From the NCBI GenBank assembly GCA_020051775.1, contig JAGVQJ010000153.1, forward strand, positions 4,115-68,114: a DNA stretch of 64,000 bases, written 5' to 3'. The translations under genes were made by a program, and so were the position numbers. Positions within the stretch are counted from its first letter, which is position 1. Every line of letters begins with the position of its first letter. This DNA is from Calditrichota bacterium. GTDB taxonomy: Bacteria; Electryoneota; B3-LCP. The notes beneath the pieces are model-generated. The model saw nothing but the letters and a program-made list of their open reading frames with translations. It had not been told where the DNA came from and searched no databases. This document shows, in pieces, positions 45,468-56,447 of this stretch.

Positions 45468-46187
45468 ATGCTGGAATTGGCGGTGATTGATTCACAAACT
45501 GAAGTTACTCTGCGCCTGAAACAGGTGTGGGAGAATATCGGTAAAGCGGCTGAACGCTCAGGACGCAATCCTTCTGCGGTGCGCCTCGTCGCAGCAAGTA
45601 AAACCATTGAACCCGCATTAATTCTGCAGGCGATTGCCTCGGGCGTCACAATTTTGGGTGAAAATCGCGTACAGGAGGCCAAGGAGAAATGGCCTCAAAT
45701 AGAAAATCGCATGCGCGCTTGTAAATGTGAATTCCACATGGTGGGGCATTTACAGACCAATAAAAGTAGAGACGCGGTGCATCTGTTTGAAGTTATCCAA
45801 TCTTTGGACTCTGAACGGTTGGCACGTTCTTTGGATCAACATGCTCAGGAATTAGGCAAGGTGCAGCGTGTTTTAGTGGAGGTAAACACCTCCTTCGAGC
45901 TGACTAAATTTGGTGTGGAACCGGAAGAAGCCCATAACTTAATAAAGATCGTGCAGACTTTTAAAAACTTGAAGTTGGAGGGGCTGATGACTATCGGTCC
46001 GCTGACCGGGGGAGCTATGGCGGCACGTCAAGCTTTTCGCCGACTGAGTGAATTGCGGGATCAATGTGGCGGCCTCCAATCATTACCGGAATTATCCATG
46101 GGCATGTCCCAGGATTATGAAATTGCCATCGAGGAAGGCGCCACCATGATTCGGGTAGGATCTGCAATTTTCGGAGATCGGATATAG
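45468..46187 (+). CDS. yggS: YggS/PLPBP-family pyridoxal-phosphate homeostasis protein
   Basis: RLVAASKT contains the PLP-binding lysine. HMVGHLQTNK and a C-terminal SMGMSQDYEIAIEEGATMIRVGSAIFG are present. Confidence 0.85.
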   Translation: MLELAVIDSQTEVTLRLKQVWENIGKAAERSGRNPSAVRLVAASKTIEPALILQAIASGVTILGENRVQEAKEKWPQIENRMRACKCEFHMVGHLQTNKSRDAVHLFEVIQSLDSERLARSLDQHAQELGKVQRVLVEVNTSFELTKFGVEPEEAHNLIKIVQTFKNLKLEGLMTIGPLTGGAMAARQAFRRLSELRDQCGGLQSLPELSMGMSQDYEIAIEEGATMIRVGSAIFGDRI

Positions 46188-46198
46188 GAAAATCTATC

Positions 46199-46495
46199 AT
46201 GGCAATCTTGGGTTATTTTGTGAGGCCACTGCTTAGTATCGCCAGTCTCCTGCTCTGGGTGGCCTTTTTCTTGTTTCTGCTGCGCGGCCTGCTCTCCTGG
46301 TTTCCTCTGGACCCGCGTGACCGTTGGATACGCGCCATCAGTGATATCACTGATCCGGTTCTGGATCGGATCAGGCGGGTCATTCCGCCCCTGGGTACGG
46401 TGGATTTAAGCCCCATGATAGCGGGCTTGCTGTGCTGGTTTCTAAACGTCTCTGTGATTCGTTTTTTACAGGATCTGGTCAGACGGTCGTTATAA
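46199..46495 (+). CDS. yggT: YggT-family membrane protein
   Basis: 98 aa with two TM helices. It follows yggS, as in the dcw-cluster tail. Confidence 0.65.
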   Translation: MAILGYFVRPLLSIASLLLWVAFFLFLLRGLLSWFPLDPRDRWIRAISDITDPVLDRIRRVIPPLGTVDLSPMIAGLLCWFLNVSVIRFLQDLVRRSL

Positions 46496-46510
46496 TTAAC
46501 GGAGAAAAAA

Positions 46511-47023
46511 ATGAAACTGACTCCGCTCGAAATCCGTAAGATGGACTTCTCCCGGTCGTTGCGCGGTTATAACCCTGAAGAAGTGCGGGCGTTCCTGGAA
46601 ACCGTGGCCGACCAGATAGATATCCTGCAACGTGACGTCAACGATTTCTCCGATAATGTGGTGCGCTTAGAAACCCGGCTGGCCGATTTCCAGATGATGG
46701 AAAAGACCTTACAGGAAACATTATTGAAAGCGGAAGAATCAGCACATCGGTCGCGGGCAGATTCTCAGCGCGAAGCAGAAATTACCATGCGCGAAGCAGA
46801 GGTGGAGGCGCAGCGCATTTTAGCCGAAGGCCGCAATGCTTCCGAAAGATTGAAAACCGAAATCTTAATGCTGCAAGACCGCCGTGATAGCTTCATTAAA
46901 AAACTCAAGTATTTGTTGCAAAGTCAAACCGATCTGATTGATGTAATTGAAGGAAACGAATCCGGGCCCGAGACCGGTCAAACAGGGAGAGCACATGGAA
47001 ACGATCCGACAACAGTTGGCTGA
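46511..47023 (+). CDS. divIVA: DivIVA-domain cell-division protein
   Basis: The N-terminus [36 protein letters not shown] is the DivIVA signature, followed by a coiled coil. Confidence 0.8.
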   Translation: MKLTPLEIRKMDFSRSLRGYNPEEVRAFLETVADQIDILQRDVNDFSDNVVRLETRLADFQMMEKTLQETLLKAEESAHRSRADSQREAEITMREAEVEAQRILAEGRNASERLKTEILMLQDRRDSFIKKLKYLLQSQTDLIDVIEGNESGPETGQTGRAHGNDPTTVG

Positions 47024-47816
47024 AACCATACCGTACATTCGCAAGCACACCGACGTTAAACCCGAAGTTGGTATTATCCTGGGAACCGGATTGGGGGCAT
47101 TAGCCCAGGAAATCAAGGTGGAAACCACGCTCGATTACCAGGATATTCCCCATTTCCCCATCTCGACGGTGGAATTCCATGCCGGAAAACTTCTTTTCGG
47201 GGCATTAGGAGGCAAATCCGTTGTGGCCATGCAAGGGCGCTTTCACTATTACGAAGGCTACTCCATGAAGCAGATCAGTTTCCCGGTACGCGTCATGAAA
47301 GAGCTGGGAGTGAAGACGCTGCTGGTGTCCAACGCCTGCGGCGGCATGAATCCGATATACCGCGCCGGGGATATCATGATCATGGAAGATCACATCAATC
47401 TGTTGGGTGATAATCCCCTGATCGGCGTCAACGATCCTGAATTGGGCCCCAGGTTTCCGGATATGTCCGAACCTTACAACCGCAAGCTGATGGACCTGGC
47501 CGAACAGGTTGCCTTGGAAAAGGGGATCAAGGTGCAGCGGGGCGTTTACGTTGCGGTGGCGGGTCCTAATCTGGAAACTCGCGCGGAATATCGTTTCCTG
47601 CGCATCATCGGCGCCGACGTTGTGGGTATGTCCACGATCCCGGAAGTCGTGGTCGCCAACCATGCCGGAATGCAAGTGTTGGGATTGTCCGTAATCACGG
47701 ATGAGTGCTTCCCGGACGCCTTGAAACCGGCCAAGATCGAAGAGATCATCGAGACAGCCGCCGGCGCTGAACCCAAGCTGACTTACATCATGAAAACGGT
47801 GGTGCAGAGACTGTGA
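46995..47816 (+). CDS. punA: Purine nucleoside phosphorylase, PNP-I / MTAP family
   Basis: [19 protein letters not shown] and [10 protein letters not shown] are present. The start is taken at METIRQ, which overlaps the end of divIVA by 29 nt. Confidence 0.8.
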   Translation: METIRQQLAETIPYIRKHTDVKPEVGIILGTGLGALAQEIKVETTLDYQDIPHFPISTVEFHAGKLLFGALGGKSVVAMQGRFHYYEGYSMKQISFPVRVMKELGVKTLLVSNACGGMNPIYRAGDIMIMEDHINLLGDNPLIGVNDPELGPRFPDMSEPYNRKLMDLAEQVALEKGIKVQRGVYVAVAGPNLETRAEYRFLRIIGADVVGMSTIPEVVVANHAGMQVLGLSVITDECFPDALKPAKIEEIIETAAGAEPKLTYIMKTVVQRL

Positions 47817-48610
47817 AAATTTCTGCGTCAATTGAAGGATACCACCCGCCCCGGATTGAATTCCAGGAGCTGTTACGACTGGGAGCGCTGCTGATCTTGT
47901 GGTTGCTCGTTGCTTCCCCATTATCTGCCGAAACCAAACGCTTGACGGGCTACTATACCGAAGAGGAAGTCCGCACTCTGACTGCGGGAGAGTTGGACGA
48001 CGTAATTCTGCGTAAGAGCTGGTATAGCGGTCAGTTAATGATGAAAGACGAGCAGTGGCAAGGTATTACGATTGCTCGCCTGGATCGCGACAGCATTTAT
48101 ATCCTGGAACCGCGCATCAAAGCATACTTTACGGTCACACCGGAAACCGCGCGGCGAAATGTCGCCACGCAGTTACAAATCTTCGGAGCTGAAAAGGACA
48201 AAACCGGCAAGTTCTTCTTTCCAGAAGATCTGTTTATCCGCACTGGAACAACCAAGCAGGTAGGCCGCTGGAATTGCTACCAGGTGATGACCAATCCTAA
48301 GTACCGCAGTCCGGAAAAGCCTTATGTTATCTTTTGGTACAGCACCGAAGTGGATTTTCCCGTGCAGGTTTTCGGTCAGCAGTTGAAGAATTTCTTTGGC
48401 GATACGCCGGAGGTGAAGGGATTGTTCGACCGCATCACACAGTTCGAGGGTTACCCGGTACGCACCGAAGCGCACGGCGAGAACGGCACCGTAATCACTA
48501 CATTGGTTAAACTGCAATCTCGCAACGACATTGATCCCCAAATCTTTGAAGTTCCTAAAGGTTATAACCACGTGCCTATGCCGGGCAATCAACCTCCGCC
48601 GAAAAGGTGA
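47813..48610 (+). CDS. Hypothetical exported protein
   Basis: 265 aa with a hydrophobic N-terminal segment ([17 protein letters not shown]). Its GTG start overlaps the pnp stop. No family is assigned. Confidence 0.45.
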   Translation: MKISASIEGYHPPRIEFQELLRLGALLILWLLVASPLSAETKRLTGYYTEEEVRTLTAGELDDVILRKSWYSGQLMMKDEQWQGITIARLDRDSIYILEPRIKAYFTVTPETARRNVATQLQIFGAEKDKTGKFFFPEDLFIRTGTTKQVGRWNCYQVMTNPKYRSPEKPYVIFWYSTEVDFPVQVFGQQLKNFFGDTPEVKGLFDRITQFEGYPVRTEAHGENGTVITTLVKLQSRNDIDPQIFEVPKGYNHVPMPGNQPPPKR

Positions 48611-51600
48611 GCGTCAAACCATTGACTGAACCAATATTTCCGATGATTGCGCATAATATGTTCAAACCTGTAGAAAAAAACGTCAGCTTCCCCAAATTAG
48701 AAGAATCCATTCTGGAATTCTGGGAATCCAGCCGGATTTTCGAGAAGACCGAAGAGATCCGCCAGGGAGCGCCTGAATTTGTATTTTACGATGGGCCTCC
48801 GGGAACCAACGGCGTGCCGCATATCGGACATATGATGCAATCGGCGCTGAAAGATCTTTGGCCGCGCTATAAGGTCATGAAGGGATTTCACGTCGTGCGT
48901 AAAGCCGGATGGGATACTCATGGTTTGCCCATTGAATTGACGGCGGAAAAGGAATTGAAGCTCGGTTCGAAGAAGGATATTCTGGATTACGGGGTTGACA
49001 AATATATTGAATATTGTCGCGCCACGGTGGGCCGTTACCTGGGTTCCTGGGAACAAGCCATACGCCGCATCGGCCGTTTTCTGGATATGCAGCACGCCTA
49101 CATGACCATGACCAACGAATACATCCAGTCGGATTGGTATTTGTTGAAATTGGCCTGGCAGCGGAAGTTGGAATCTGATCGAGTGGAGATCGCCGGGAAG
49201 AGTGTATCGCCACGCTTTTTATATAAAGATTACCGCATCATGCCGTATTGCTCGCGGTGCGGCACGTCGCTATCCAATTTCGAGGTGGCCGAAGGGTATA
49301 AGGACGTCAAGGACATGACCTTGACAGTGAAGTTCCCGGTGGCGGATATGGAGAATACTTACTTCGCCGCATGGACCACCACGGCTTGGACTCTGCTCTC
49401 GAATGTGGCACTGGCGGTAGGATCGGACATTGATTACGTCGCCGTGCGGCGAACCGCGTCAGGCGAGATCATCATCATGGCGCAAGCTCGCCTGGAAGCC
49501 TACCAGAAATACCTGGAACCTTACGAAATCCTATGGACAAAGAAGGGTCGCGAGCTTCATGGAATGCGGTACCGACCGCTGTGGGATTTTCAAACTTATA
49601 GCCCGGCTCACGCCATCGTGCTGGACGATTACGTTACAACTGAGGACGGCACCGGCATCGTGCATCTGGCAAACTACGGCGAAGACGATTTCCGCATCCT
49701 GCGTCGGGAAGGTTTACCCCTGATCCAGAATGTTGATGAGAACGGTTCAACCACCGCAGCTACTGGTCCTTTTGCCGGCCGCTACTTTCGTGACGAAACC
49801 CTGGACGTGGACATCATCAAGGATCTGGCGGCGCGTGGTTTGCTCCTATCCAAGGAACGTTACGAACACTCCTACCCCTTCTGCTATCGCTGCGACAACG
49901 CTTTGATGTATTTCGCCCGCCCGGCGTGGTTCATCCGTACCGCCTCATTCCGCGAGGAAATGCTGAAGGCCAATGCTCATATCAAATGGCAGCCACCCCA
50001 TATCAAGGACGGTCGCTTTGGTAATTGGCTGGAAAATACTATTGACTGGAACGTCACTCGTGAGCGCTATTGGGGATCACCATTGCCAGTTTGGACATGC
50101 GGAGAATCCGGCTGCGACGGGGAAATCTGCGTCGGCGGCTTGGCCGAGCTTCGCGAACTGGCCGGTCCTTCCGTGGATCAGATTCTGCACAACACACAAC
50201 TGAACCGGATTGACCTCCACAAGCCGCTAATTGATCAAGTTAAGATCCCCTGTCCCATCTGTTCAAAACCGATGGATCGCGAAAACTTTGTGCTGGATTC
50301 CTGGTTTAATGCCGGGTTGATGTTCATCGGGCAGTGGGGCTATCCGGCCACACCTGGATCGAGCGAGATTTTCCGAAACCAATATCCGGCAGATTTCATC
50401 TGCGAAGCCATTGACCAGACGCGTGGCTGGTTTTACACGCTGCTGGCCTGTTCAACGCTATTCGCTCTGGAAAATAAGAAGTCGGAAGACCAATGGGCTT
50501 GTTACCGCAACGTCATCTGCACAGAACTGGTCTTAGACGAAGAGGGCCGCAAGATGTCCAAATCGCGCGGCAATGTCGTGAATCCCATCAAGTTGTTCGA
50601 TGAAGTGGGAGCCGACGCCACGCGCTGGACCTTTTACAGCTCCAACCCCTGGAACGTGAAGCGCTTCTCATCCGAACAGGTACGCGAGGCTGTGCGTGAT
50701 CTGATCCTGCCCATCTGGAACTCTTACTCCTTTTTCGTAACCTATGCCCGAGTGGATGGGTGGATGCCTGATCCTCCCCACTCCCCCAATGCGAAGGGGG
50801 GAGATTCAGCGCACCCACTTGATCGCTGGCTGCTGGGGGAGTTGACTCACTTGAACCACGAAGTCACTGGCGCGCTGGAGGCTTATGATGTAGCCAGAGC
50901 TTCCTCTGCTATCAGCCGTTTTGTGGATCAGTTGACCAATTGGTACATCCGCAGGTCGCGGCGTCGCTTCTGGAAGTCCGGCGATGACCTGGACAAACAC
51001 TGCGCTTATGCTACGCTTTATCGTGCTTTAACCGATTTCACTCTCATTTTGGCGCCGTTCATGCCTTTTCTGGCGGAAGAACTTTACCAGAACCTGGTGC
51101 GTTCAGTTAAATCCGATGCGCCGGAATCTGTGCACCTTTGCTCTTGGCCTGATCCACCGTTAGAGAAGATAGATGGCGTCCTTGCAGACATGATGCAGAA
51201 AGCTAGAAATATTGTGCGTGTTGGTAGAGATATACGTCAGAAGAATAACCGAAAAGTGAGGCAGCCTCTTCAACAAATTATTGTTGTGATGGAAGAAGGC
51301 AAAATTGAGAAGGGTGTTCTCGATTTGGCGGAAATAGAAAAAGTTGCAACTAAAGAAAGGCTAGAAGGTGAACTCAGAGAAATCGTTACTGACGAATTGA
51401 ATGTAAAATATTTCATTATCAAGCATGATGCTTCTGATCTGGTAACCTTGAAGGCTGAGCCTAACTTTCGTACACTTGGACCACTTTTTGGGAAAGAAAT
51501 AAATAGTGTAATTCAAAAACTTCGTGCGTCGACTCAAGCGGAACTACTTAAATTGGACCAGGGCGAAAATGTATATATTGTGGATCTATACATCAGGCCA

Positions 51601-51981
51601 GAATACGTGACCATCCAGCGCCAGCCTCTGGAAAACTGGGCGGTATCCAGCGACGAAGGGCTGACGGTAGCCTTGGATCTGAATATCACCAAAGATCTCG
51701 AATTTGAAGGCAAGATCCGCGAAATCATCCATCAATTGCAAAATGCCCGGAAAGAGAAAGGTTTTGAGGTAGATGACCGCCTCCAAAGCACAGGCCTCCA
51801 TACTAATTCAGTGGTCATCACCGAAGCGTTAAAAATTGCCAAATTCCAGGAATTGATTAAGAGCGAAACTCTGTCATTGTCCTTGTCTTTAGAGGTTAGT
51901 CCTGATTTTACCACAGAAAAGCCTCTGAAGGTGGATAATGAATTCGTATATTATAAGATCGAAAAAACCGGCCAGAAATAA
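48607..51981 (+). CDS. ileS: Isoleucine--tRNA ligase (type 2, long form)
   Basis: HIGH motif PHIGHMMQ and KMSKS motif KMSKSRGN are present. The length is about 1124 aa. The start is uncertain: GTG at 48607, or ATG at 48643 or 48658. Confidence 0.95.
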   Translation: MSVKPLTEPIFPMIAHNMFKPVEKNVSFPKLEESILEFWESSRIFEKTEEIRQGAPEFVFYDGPPGTNGVPHIGHMMQSALKDLWPRYKVMKGFHVVRKAGWDTHGLPIELTAEKELKLGSKKDILDYGVDKYIEYCRATVGRYLGSWEQAIRRIGRFLDMQHAYMTMTNEYIQSDWYLLKLAWQRKLESDRVEIAGKSVSPRFLYKDYRIMPYCSRCGTSLSNFEVAEGYKDVKDMTLTVKFPVADMENTYFAAWTTTAWTLLSNVALAVGSDIDYVAVRRTASGEIIIMAQARLEAYQKYLEPYEILWTKKGRELHGMRYRPLWDFQTYSPAHAIVLDDYVTTEDGTGIVHLANYGEDDFRILRREGLPLIQNVDENGSTTAATGPFAGRYFRDETLDVDIIKDLAARGLLLSKERYEHSYPFCYRCDNALMYFARPAWFIRTASFREEMLKANAHIKWQPPHIKDGRFGNWLENTIDWNVTRERYWGSPLPVWTCGESGCDGEICVGGLAELRELAGPSVDQILHNTQLNRIDLHKPLIDQVKIPCPICSKPMDRENFVLDSWFNAGLMFIGQWGYPATPGSSEIFRNQYPADFICEAIDQTRGWFYTLLACSTLFALENKKSEDQWACYRNVICTELVLDEEGRKMSKSRGNVVNPIKLFDEVGADATRWTFYSSNPWNVKRFSSEQVREAVRDLILPIWNSYSFFVTYARVDGWMPDPPHSPNAKGGDSAHPLDRWLLGELTHLNHEVTGALEAYDVARASSAISRFVDQLTNWYIRRSRRRFWKSGDDLDKHCAYATLYRALTDFTLILAPFMPFLAEELYQNLVRSVKSDAPESVHLCSWPDPPLEKIDGVLADMMQKARNIVRVGRDIRQKNNRKVRQPLQQIIVVMEEGKIEKGVLDLAEIEKVATKERLEGELREIVTDELNVKYFIIKHDASDLVTLKAEPNFRTLGPLFGKEINSVIQKLRASTQAELLKLDQGENVYIVDLYIRPEYVTIQRQPLENWAVSSDEGLTVALDLNITKDLEFEGKIREIIHQLQNARKEKGFEVDDRLQSTGLHTNSVVITEALKIAKFQELIKSETLSLSLSLEVSPDFTTEKPLKVDNEFVYYKIEKTGQK

Positions 51982-51994
51982 TCGGAGTGATAAA

Positions 51995-52411
51995 ATGCCG
52001 AAGGAAGCAAGCGCAAAGAAACCACCGCAGCCTTTCAGCAAGAAAGAATTGGATCAATTCGAAAAACTGATCCTACAGAAGCGGGAGGAGCTGGTGAAAG
52101 AACTGGGATATTTGAAAGAAACGTCCATGGACAAATCCTATCAGGATTATACCGGCGAAGTCTCCACGTATTCCTATCACATGGCCGATCAAGGAACGGA
52201 CGCGCAGGAACGGGAGAAAGCTTTCATGTTCGCTTCACGCGAAGGGAAGTTCCTAACCTACCTTGATCGCGCTCTGGAAAGGATCAAAGCGGGAACCTAC
52301 GGTCTCTGCATGGAATGCAGTCAGCCAATTTCCAAAGCCCGTTTGGAAGCGGTACCGACCGCCACTCTCTGCATCGCCTGCAAGTCAAAGAAGGAGCAAG
52401 GCGAAGGGTGA
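51995..52411 (+). CDS. DksA/TraR-family C4 zinc-finger protein
   Basis: The C-terminus reads CMECSQPISKARLEAVPTATLCIACK, preceded by a coiled-coil region. It lies between ileS and lspA. Confidence 0.7.
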   Translation: MPKEASAKKPPQPFSKKELDQFEKLILQKREELVKELGYLKETSMDKSYQDYTGEVSTYSYHMADQGTDAQEREKAFMFASREGKFLTYLDRALERIKAGTYGLCMECSQPISKARLEAVPTATLCIACKSKKEQGEG

Positions 52412-52935
52412 AAGTTCTCTGGCCGTCTCTGGTCGTCCTGATTTTGGATCAGCTCACGAAATACTGGGTGCGATCCACCATGAGTTTGGGTGAATCAATT
52501 TCCATCCTGGGGAAGGATTTATTTCGTCTGACGCACGTAGAAAACACTGGAGTTGCCTTCGGCGTGCAAGCGTTCCAAATGTGGTTTTTAATCTTTTTCA
52601 ACATTGCTGCCTCTATTGTGTTGATATACGTTTTATTGAAATCCTTACATGCCGGCCCGGCACGTTATCCGCGGCTAATGGAGATAGCTCTGGCGTTAAT
52701 ATTGGGCGGCGCACTAGGAAACGTTACGGATCGTATTCTCTTCCGTCGGGTGACAGATTTCTTTGATTCCGATTTCCCCGATTTCATCATGGAACGCTGG
52801 CCGGTATTCAATATTGCAGATTCTGCTGTGACTGTCGGTGTGACACTATGGTGTGTTTATCTGGTATTTTTCGCGAAAACACACGATAAAAAAAGCCGTG
52901 TCATTGCGAATGATATGAAGCAATCTCACCTGTAA
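52408..52935 (+). CDS. lspA: Lipoprotein signal peptidase II
   Basis: LILDQLTKYWV, NTGVAFG and FNIADSAV motifs are present. A GTG start overlaps the stop of the TraR-like gene. Confidence 0.8.
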   Translation: MKVLWPSLVVLILDQLTKYWVRSTMSLGESISILGKDLFRLTHVENTGVAFGVQAFQMWFLIFFNIAASIVLIYVLLKSLHAGPARYPRLMEIALALILGGALGNVTDRILFRRVTDFFDSDFPDFIMERWPVFNIADSAVTVGVTLWCVYLVFFAKTHDKKSRVIANDMKQSHL

Positions 52936-52986
52936 GTGGAGATGGCTTCGACCTCTGAAGACGACTCGCCATGACTGCAATATCTT

Positions 52987-53649
52987 ATGATCCCTTTCAC
53001 CCCCGAAACCATCGCCTACCTGAAAGACCTGCGCGAAAACAACCACAAGCGTTGGTTCGAAGCCAACCGCCGCCTCTACGAAACCTACCTTTTAGACCCT
53101 TTCCGCGACTTGAGCGAGAGGCTGGCTCCGGTGTTATCAGCGATCAGTCACAGGATTGAAGTTCGTCCGCAGGTGGGCAAAACCATCAGCCGCATCCATC
53201 GCGATACCCGTTTTTCCAAGAGCAAGCTTCCCTATCGCCATACCATGTGGCTCGTCTGGTATGATCATTCGCGGTCCATGGCCGAAACACCAGGATTCTT
53301 TTTCTACATAGAACCTGAAGAGTGGGGTTACGGGATGGGATTTTACCAGGCCTCACCGGCAGCGATGGAGACGATTCGCGGTCGTCTGATCGCCGACACG
53401 CAATCTATCGAGAAACTACTTAAAAAGGTAGAAAAATCGAAGCTATTTACCCTGGGTGGCGAAAAATACAAACGCTCCCGAAGTGCCGCACTACCCAAAG
53501 ATACGCTGGATCTTTATAACCAGAAGACTTTTTACTTCATCCGTAATGAACCTATCAATCAACGACTTTATTCGGAAGCACTGGCAGGTGAACTTGCAAC
53601 TGGATTCAAACTATTGGGATCACTCTATAACCATTTCACAGAATCTTGA
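52987..53649 (+). CDS. DUF2461 (TIGR02453) family protein
   Basis: The N-terminus FTPETIAYLKDLRENNHKRWFEANRRLYE matches the family signature. Confidence 0.65.
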   Translation: MIPFTPETIAYLKDLRENNHKRWFEANRRLYETYLLDPFRDLSERLAPVLSAISHRIEVRPQVGKTISRIHRDTRFSKSKLPYRHTMWLVWYDHSRSMAETPGFFFYIEPEEWGYGMGFYQASPAAMETIRGRLIADTQSIEKLLKKVEKSKLFTLGGEKYKRSRSAALPKDTLDLYNQKTFYFIRNEPINQRLYSEALAGELATGFKLLGSLYNHFTES

Positions 53650-53663
53650 CCTAATAAAAGATT

Positions 53664-54134
53664 ATGTTGGACTTTGACATCCCCGGCTATGGCCATTTGA
53701 CTCTCGAATATCTGGTTTCGGATTACACCGGAACGCTTTCGGTGGACGGTCTACTCCTCCCCGAAATCAAATCTAGATTAGCCCGAATTTCCCAGTTTCT
53801 GAAAATCCATATTGTTACCGCGGATACTTTTGGCCATGCCGAGACACAATTGAAAGACCTGGAGCGTGAATTACATATTATCGTTGGCGCTAATCAAGAC
53901 GTTATCAAAGAAGAATTCGTGCAAAACCTCGGAATAGATAACGTCGTCGCTCTGGGCAACGGCAACAATGATCGTAGAATGCTAAAAGCAGCTCGATTGG
54001 GGATCGCTGTCATCAACACCGAAGGGTGCTCGTCCGAGGCGCTGGCTGCTGCGGATTTGTTCGTTCTGAGCGCCCAAGATGGATTGGATCTTTTACTTAA
54101 TCCGAATCGCTTGAAAGCAACGCTTCGGTTTTAG
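53664..54134 (+). CDS. HAD-superfamily hydrolase resembling the soluble P-type-ATPase domain
   Basis: Motif I DYTGT and motif IV GNGNND are present. The protein is 156 aa. Confidence 0.6.
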   Translation: MLDFDIPGYGHLTLEYLVSDYTGTLSVDGLLLPEIKSRLARISQFLKIHIVTADTFGHAETQLKDLERELHIIVGANQDVIKEEFVQNLGIDNVVALGNGNNDRRMLKAARLGIAVINTEGCSSEALAAADLFVLSAQDGLDLLLNPNRLKATLRF

Positions 54135-54266
54135 CGATGCTTTTCATTGAAACTTTGCCCGTTCGGTAAAGATTAAAAGCAGACGTATCAGGCGATGGAG
54201 TTCGCCTTTAACCGCTGAAACAGCTGATGACTCCTACTGGTTCATTGCAGCAATGGAGCGTCAAGA

Positions 54267-55418
54267 ATGAAAGCGGACATTGTTCCTTTAATCGTCGGAT
54301 TGCTGGTTTTTATGGCCAGCCTTATTTCCCTGAAACTCACCCTCTCAGTCGCCATTATAGAAATCCTGGCCGGCGCCATTGCCGGCAATTTAGGTTTAAA
54401 GACCGAGGACTGGATGCTATATTTGGGAGGTTTCGGCGGCATTCTTCTGACTTTTCTAGCTGGGACGGAAATAGATGTTGACCTGATGAAAGAGCGGTTT
54501 AAGCAGAGCTTCCTCATCGGGTTCTTTTCTTTCTTTGCGCCTTTTACCTTGGTGTTTCTTTACACATACTATGTATCACATTGGTCACTGCCGGCCGCCT
54601 TAATTGCGGGAACAGCCTTATCAACTACCTCACTGGCTGTGGTCTATTCTGTTTTAGTGGAAACGCACTTATCGTCAACTCAGATCGGCAAACTGATCAT
54701 GGCTTCGACATTCATTACCGATATGGGTACAGCGCTGGCCTTAAGCATTTTATTCACGAAACCAACCGTTTACACCGGAATATTTATTGTGGCTTCCATC
54801 TTGGTTATTCTTTTTGCGGTAAAATTCTCCCACCGAATCTTCGACAATCCGAAACTCAAAAATAAGGTCATCGAACCAGAAATTAAGTACATATTTTTGT
54901 TACTCCTGGCCTTTATGTATTTCGGAAATCTGGGAAATGGTCACGCAGTTTTACCGGCTTTTGTTCTGGGATTGCTGATGTCTCGTCATTTCACGGAGAC
55001 CTCGACGACGCGCGCGGTCAGGAACAGGCTTCGGACCGTAGCCTACGCCATGATAACACCAATATTTTTCGTATTAGGAGGGCTGCGGATTTCCCTGCCC
55101 ATGATTCTTGCGGCTTTAGGGTTATTCTTGATGTTATTTCTGTTAAAGATTGTGGCGAAATTCGTGGGTGTTTATTTTCTGGCGAAAAAATATATCCCGG
55201 GTGGGAGTATTTACACGACTTTATTGATGAGCACCGGGCTTACTTTCGGGACTATTTCCAGCGTTTTTGGCCTGAACGCCGGCCTGATTGATCAGACTCA
55301 GTATTCTGTGTTGGTGGGTGTGGTGATTGCCAGCGCCGTCATCCCGACCTTTATCGCGCAAAAATGGTTTATGCCGGTCCATTCGGAAGATATCGTGGAT
55401 ATTAACGGTGAATCATGA
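54267..55418 (+). CDS. Cation:proton antiporter (Na+/H+ exchanger family) membrane protein
   Basis: 383 aa with about 11 hydrophobic helices. The N-terminal pattern is typical of CPA transporters. Confidence 0.7.
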   Translation: MKADIVPLIVGLLVFMASLISLKLTLSVAIIEILAGAIAGNLGLKTEDWMLYLGGFGGILLTFLAGTEIDVDLMKERFKQSFLIGFFSFFAPFTLVFLYTYYVSHWSLPAALIAGTALSTTSLAVVYSVLVETHLSSTQIGKLIMASTFITDMGTALALSILFTKPTVYTGIFIVASILVILFAVKFSHRIFDNPKLKNKVIEPEIKYIFLLLLAFMYFGNLGNGHAVLPAFVLGLLMSRHFTETSTTRAVRNRLRTVAYAMITPIFFVLGGLRISLPMILAALGLFLMLFLLKIVAKFVGVYFLAKKYIPGGSIYTTLLMSTGLTFGTISSVFGLNAGLIDQTQYSVLVGVVIASAVIPTFIAQKWFMPVHSEDIVDINGES

Positions 55419-56392
55419 CCGCCGAATTTCGGGAATTACGACTCAGGATCACTTCGCATGAACCCGGCCTGCGCTTAGATCAATATTTGGCGCGGCAGAT
55501 TGCAGGAATATCGCGCACGCGCATTCAAGCCTTGATGGAAGCCGGCCTGGTCACGATTGACGGCCAGCCGGTCAAGCCCTCCCGACCGGTGAAAAACACT
55601 GAGGAAGTGCTCCTGCGCATTCCCGGACCTGAACCTTCCCCCTTGACTCCCGAAGATATCCCTTTAGACATCCGCTACGAAGACCGCTGGTTGATTGTGG
55701 TCGAAAAACCGGCGGGATTGGTTGTCCACCCGGCGCACGGCCATCCTGCGGGGACGTTGATAAACGCTCTCCTCTATCATTGCAAAGACCTGGGCGACAT
55801 CGGTGGGACGACACGTCCCGGCCTGGTGCATCGCATTGACAAGGATACGTCAGGATTGCTGGTGGTGGCCAAGGATGAGCGCACCTTGACAGGGTTGGCC
55901 AAGCAATTCCAGGAGAAAACTACTGAGCGTCAGTATCGCGCATTGGTGTGGGGTCATCTGAAACCCTCGCAAGGGCGTATTGACGCCGCTTTGGGCAGAT
56001 CACCGCGCGACCGCAAGCTCTTTAGCGTCGTTGAGGGTGGCAAAGAATCCGCTACTCGCTATACCACCCTGGAGAAATTCGAGTTGATCTCCCTGGTAGC
56101 GCTGCAATTAGAGACCGGCCGCACTCATCAAATCAGGATTCACATGCAACATGCCGGTCACCCGGTCTTTGGGGATCCACAGTATGGCGGTCGCAATCGT
56201 CGGTTGGGCGCCTTGACTACCGCTCAACGCGCATTTGTGGCTAAGCTGTTGGAGAGATTGCCGCGGCAGGCCTTACATGCAGGGATTCTGGGGTTCACCC
56301 ACCCCGCCACCGGAGAGTTTCTCAGGTTCGAAAGCGAGTTACCCGAAGATATGGGCGAGACGTTGAGACTCTTGCGAGAAACGACTCGTTAA
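55415..56392 (+). CDS. rluD: RluA-family 23S rRNA pseudouridine synthase with an S4 domain (RluD-like)
   Basis: It has an S4-like N-terminus. The catalytic motif HRIDKDTSGLLVVAK and GRTHQIRIHM are present. Confidence 0.85.
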   Translation: MTAEFRELRLRITSHEPGLRLDQYLARQIAGISRTRIQALMEAGLVTIDGQPVKPSRPVKNTEEVLLRIPGPEPSPLTPEDIPLDIRYEDRWLIVVEKPAGLVVHPAHGHPAGTLINALLYHCKDLGDIGGTTRPGLVHRIDKDTSGLLVVAKDERTLTGLAKQFQEKTTERQYRALVWGHLKPSQGRIDAALGRSPRDRKLFSVVEGGKESATRYTTLEKFELISLVALQLETGRTHQIRIHMQHAGHPVFGDPQYGGRNRRLGALTTAQRAFVAKLLERLPRQALHAGILGFTHPATGEFLRFESELPEDMGETLRLLRETTR

Positions 56393-56427
56393 AAAAAAAT
56401 CCGGCCTTATCAGCCGGATTTTTTGTT
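56393..56427. terminator. Bidirectional Rho-independent terminator
   Basis: An A9 run, then a stem (atccggc-cttatca-gccggat), then T6. It serves rluD on the plus strand and the iclR gene on the minus strand. Confidence 0.7.
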
Positions 56428-56447
56428 TGACACCCGCTAAGGTGAAC

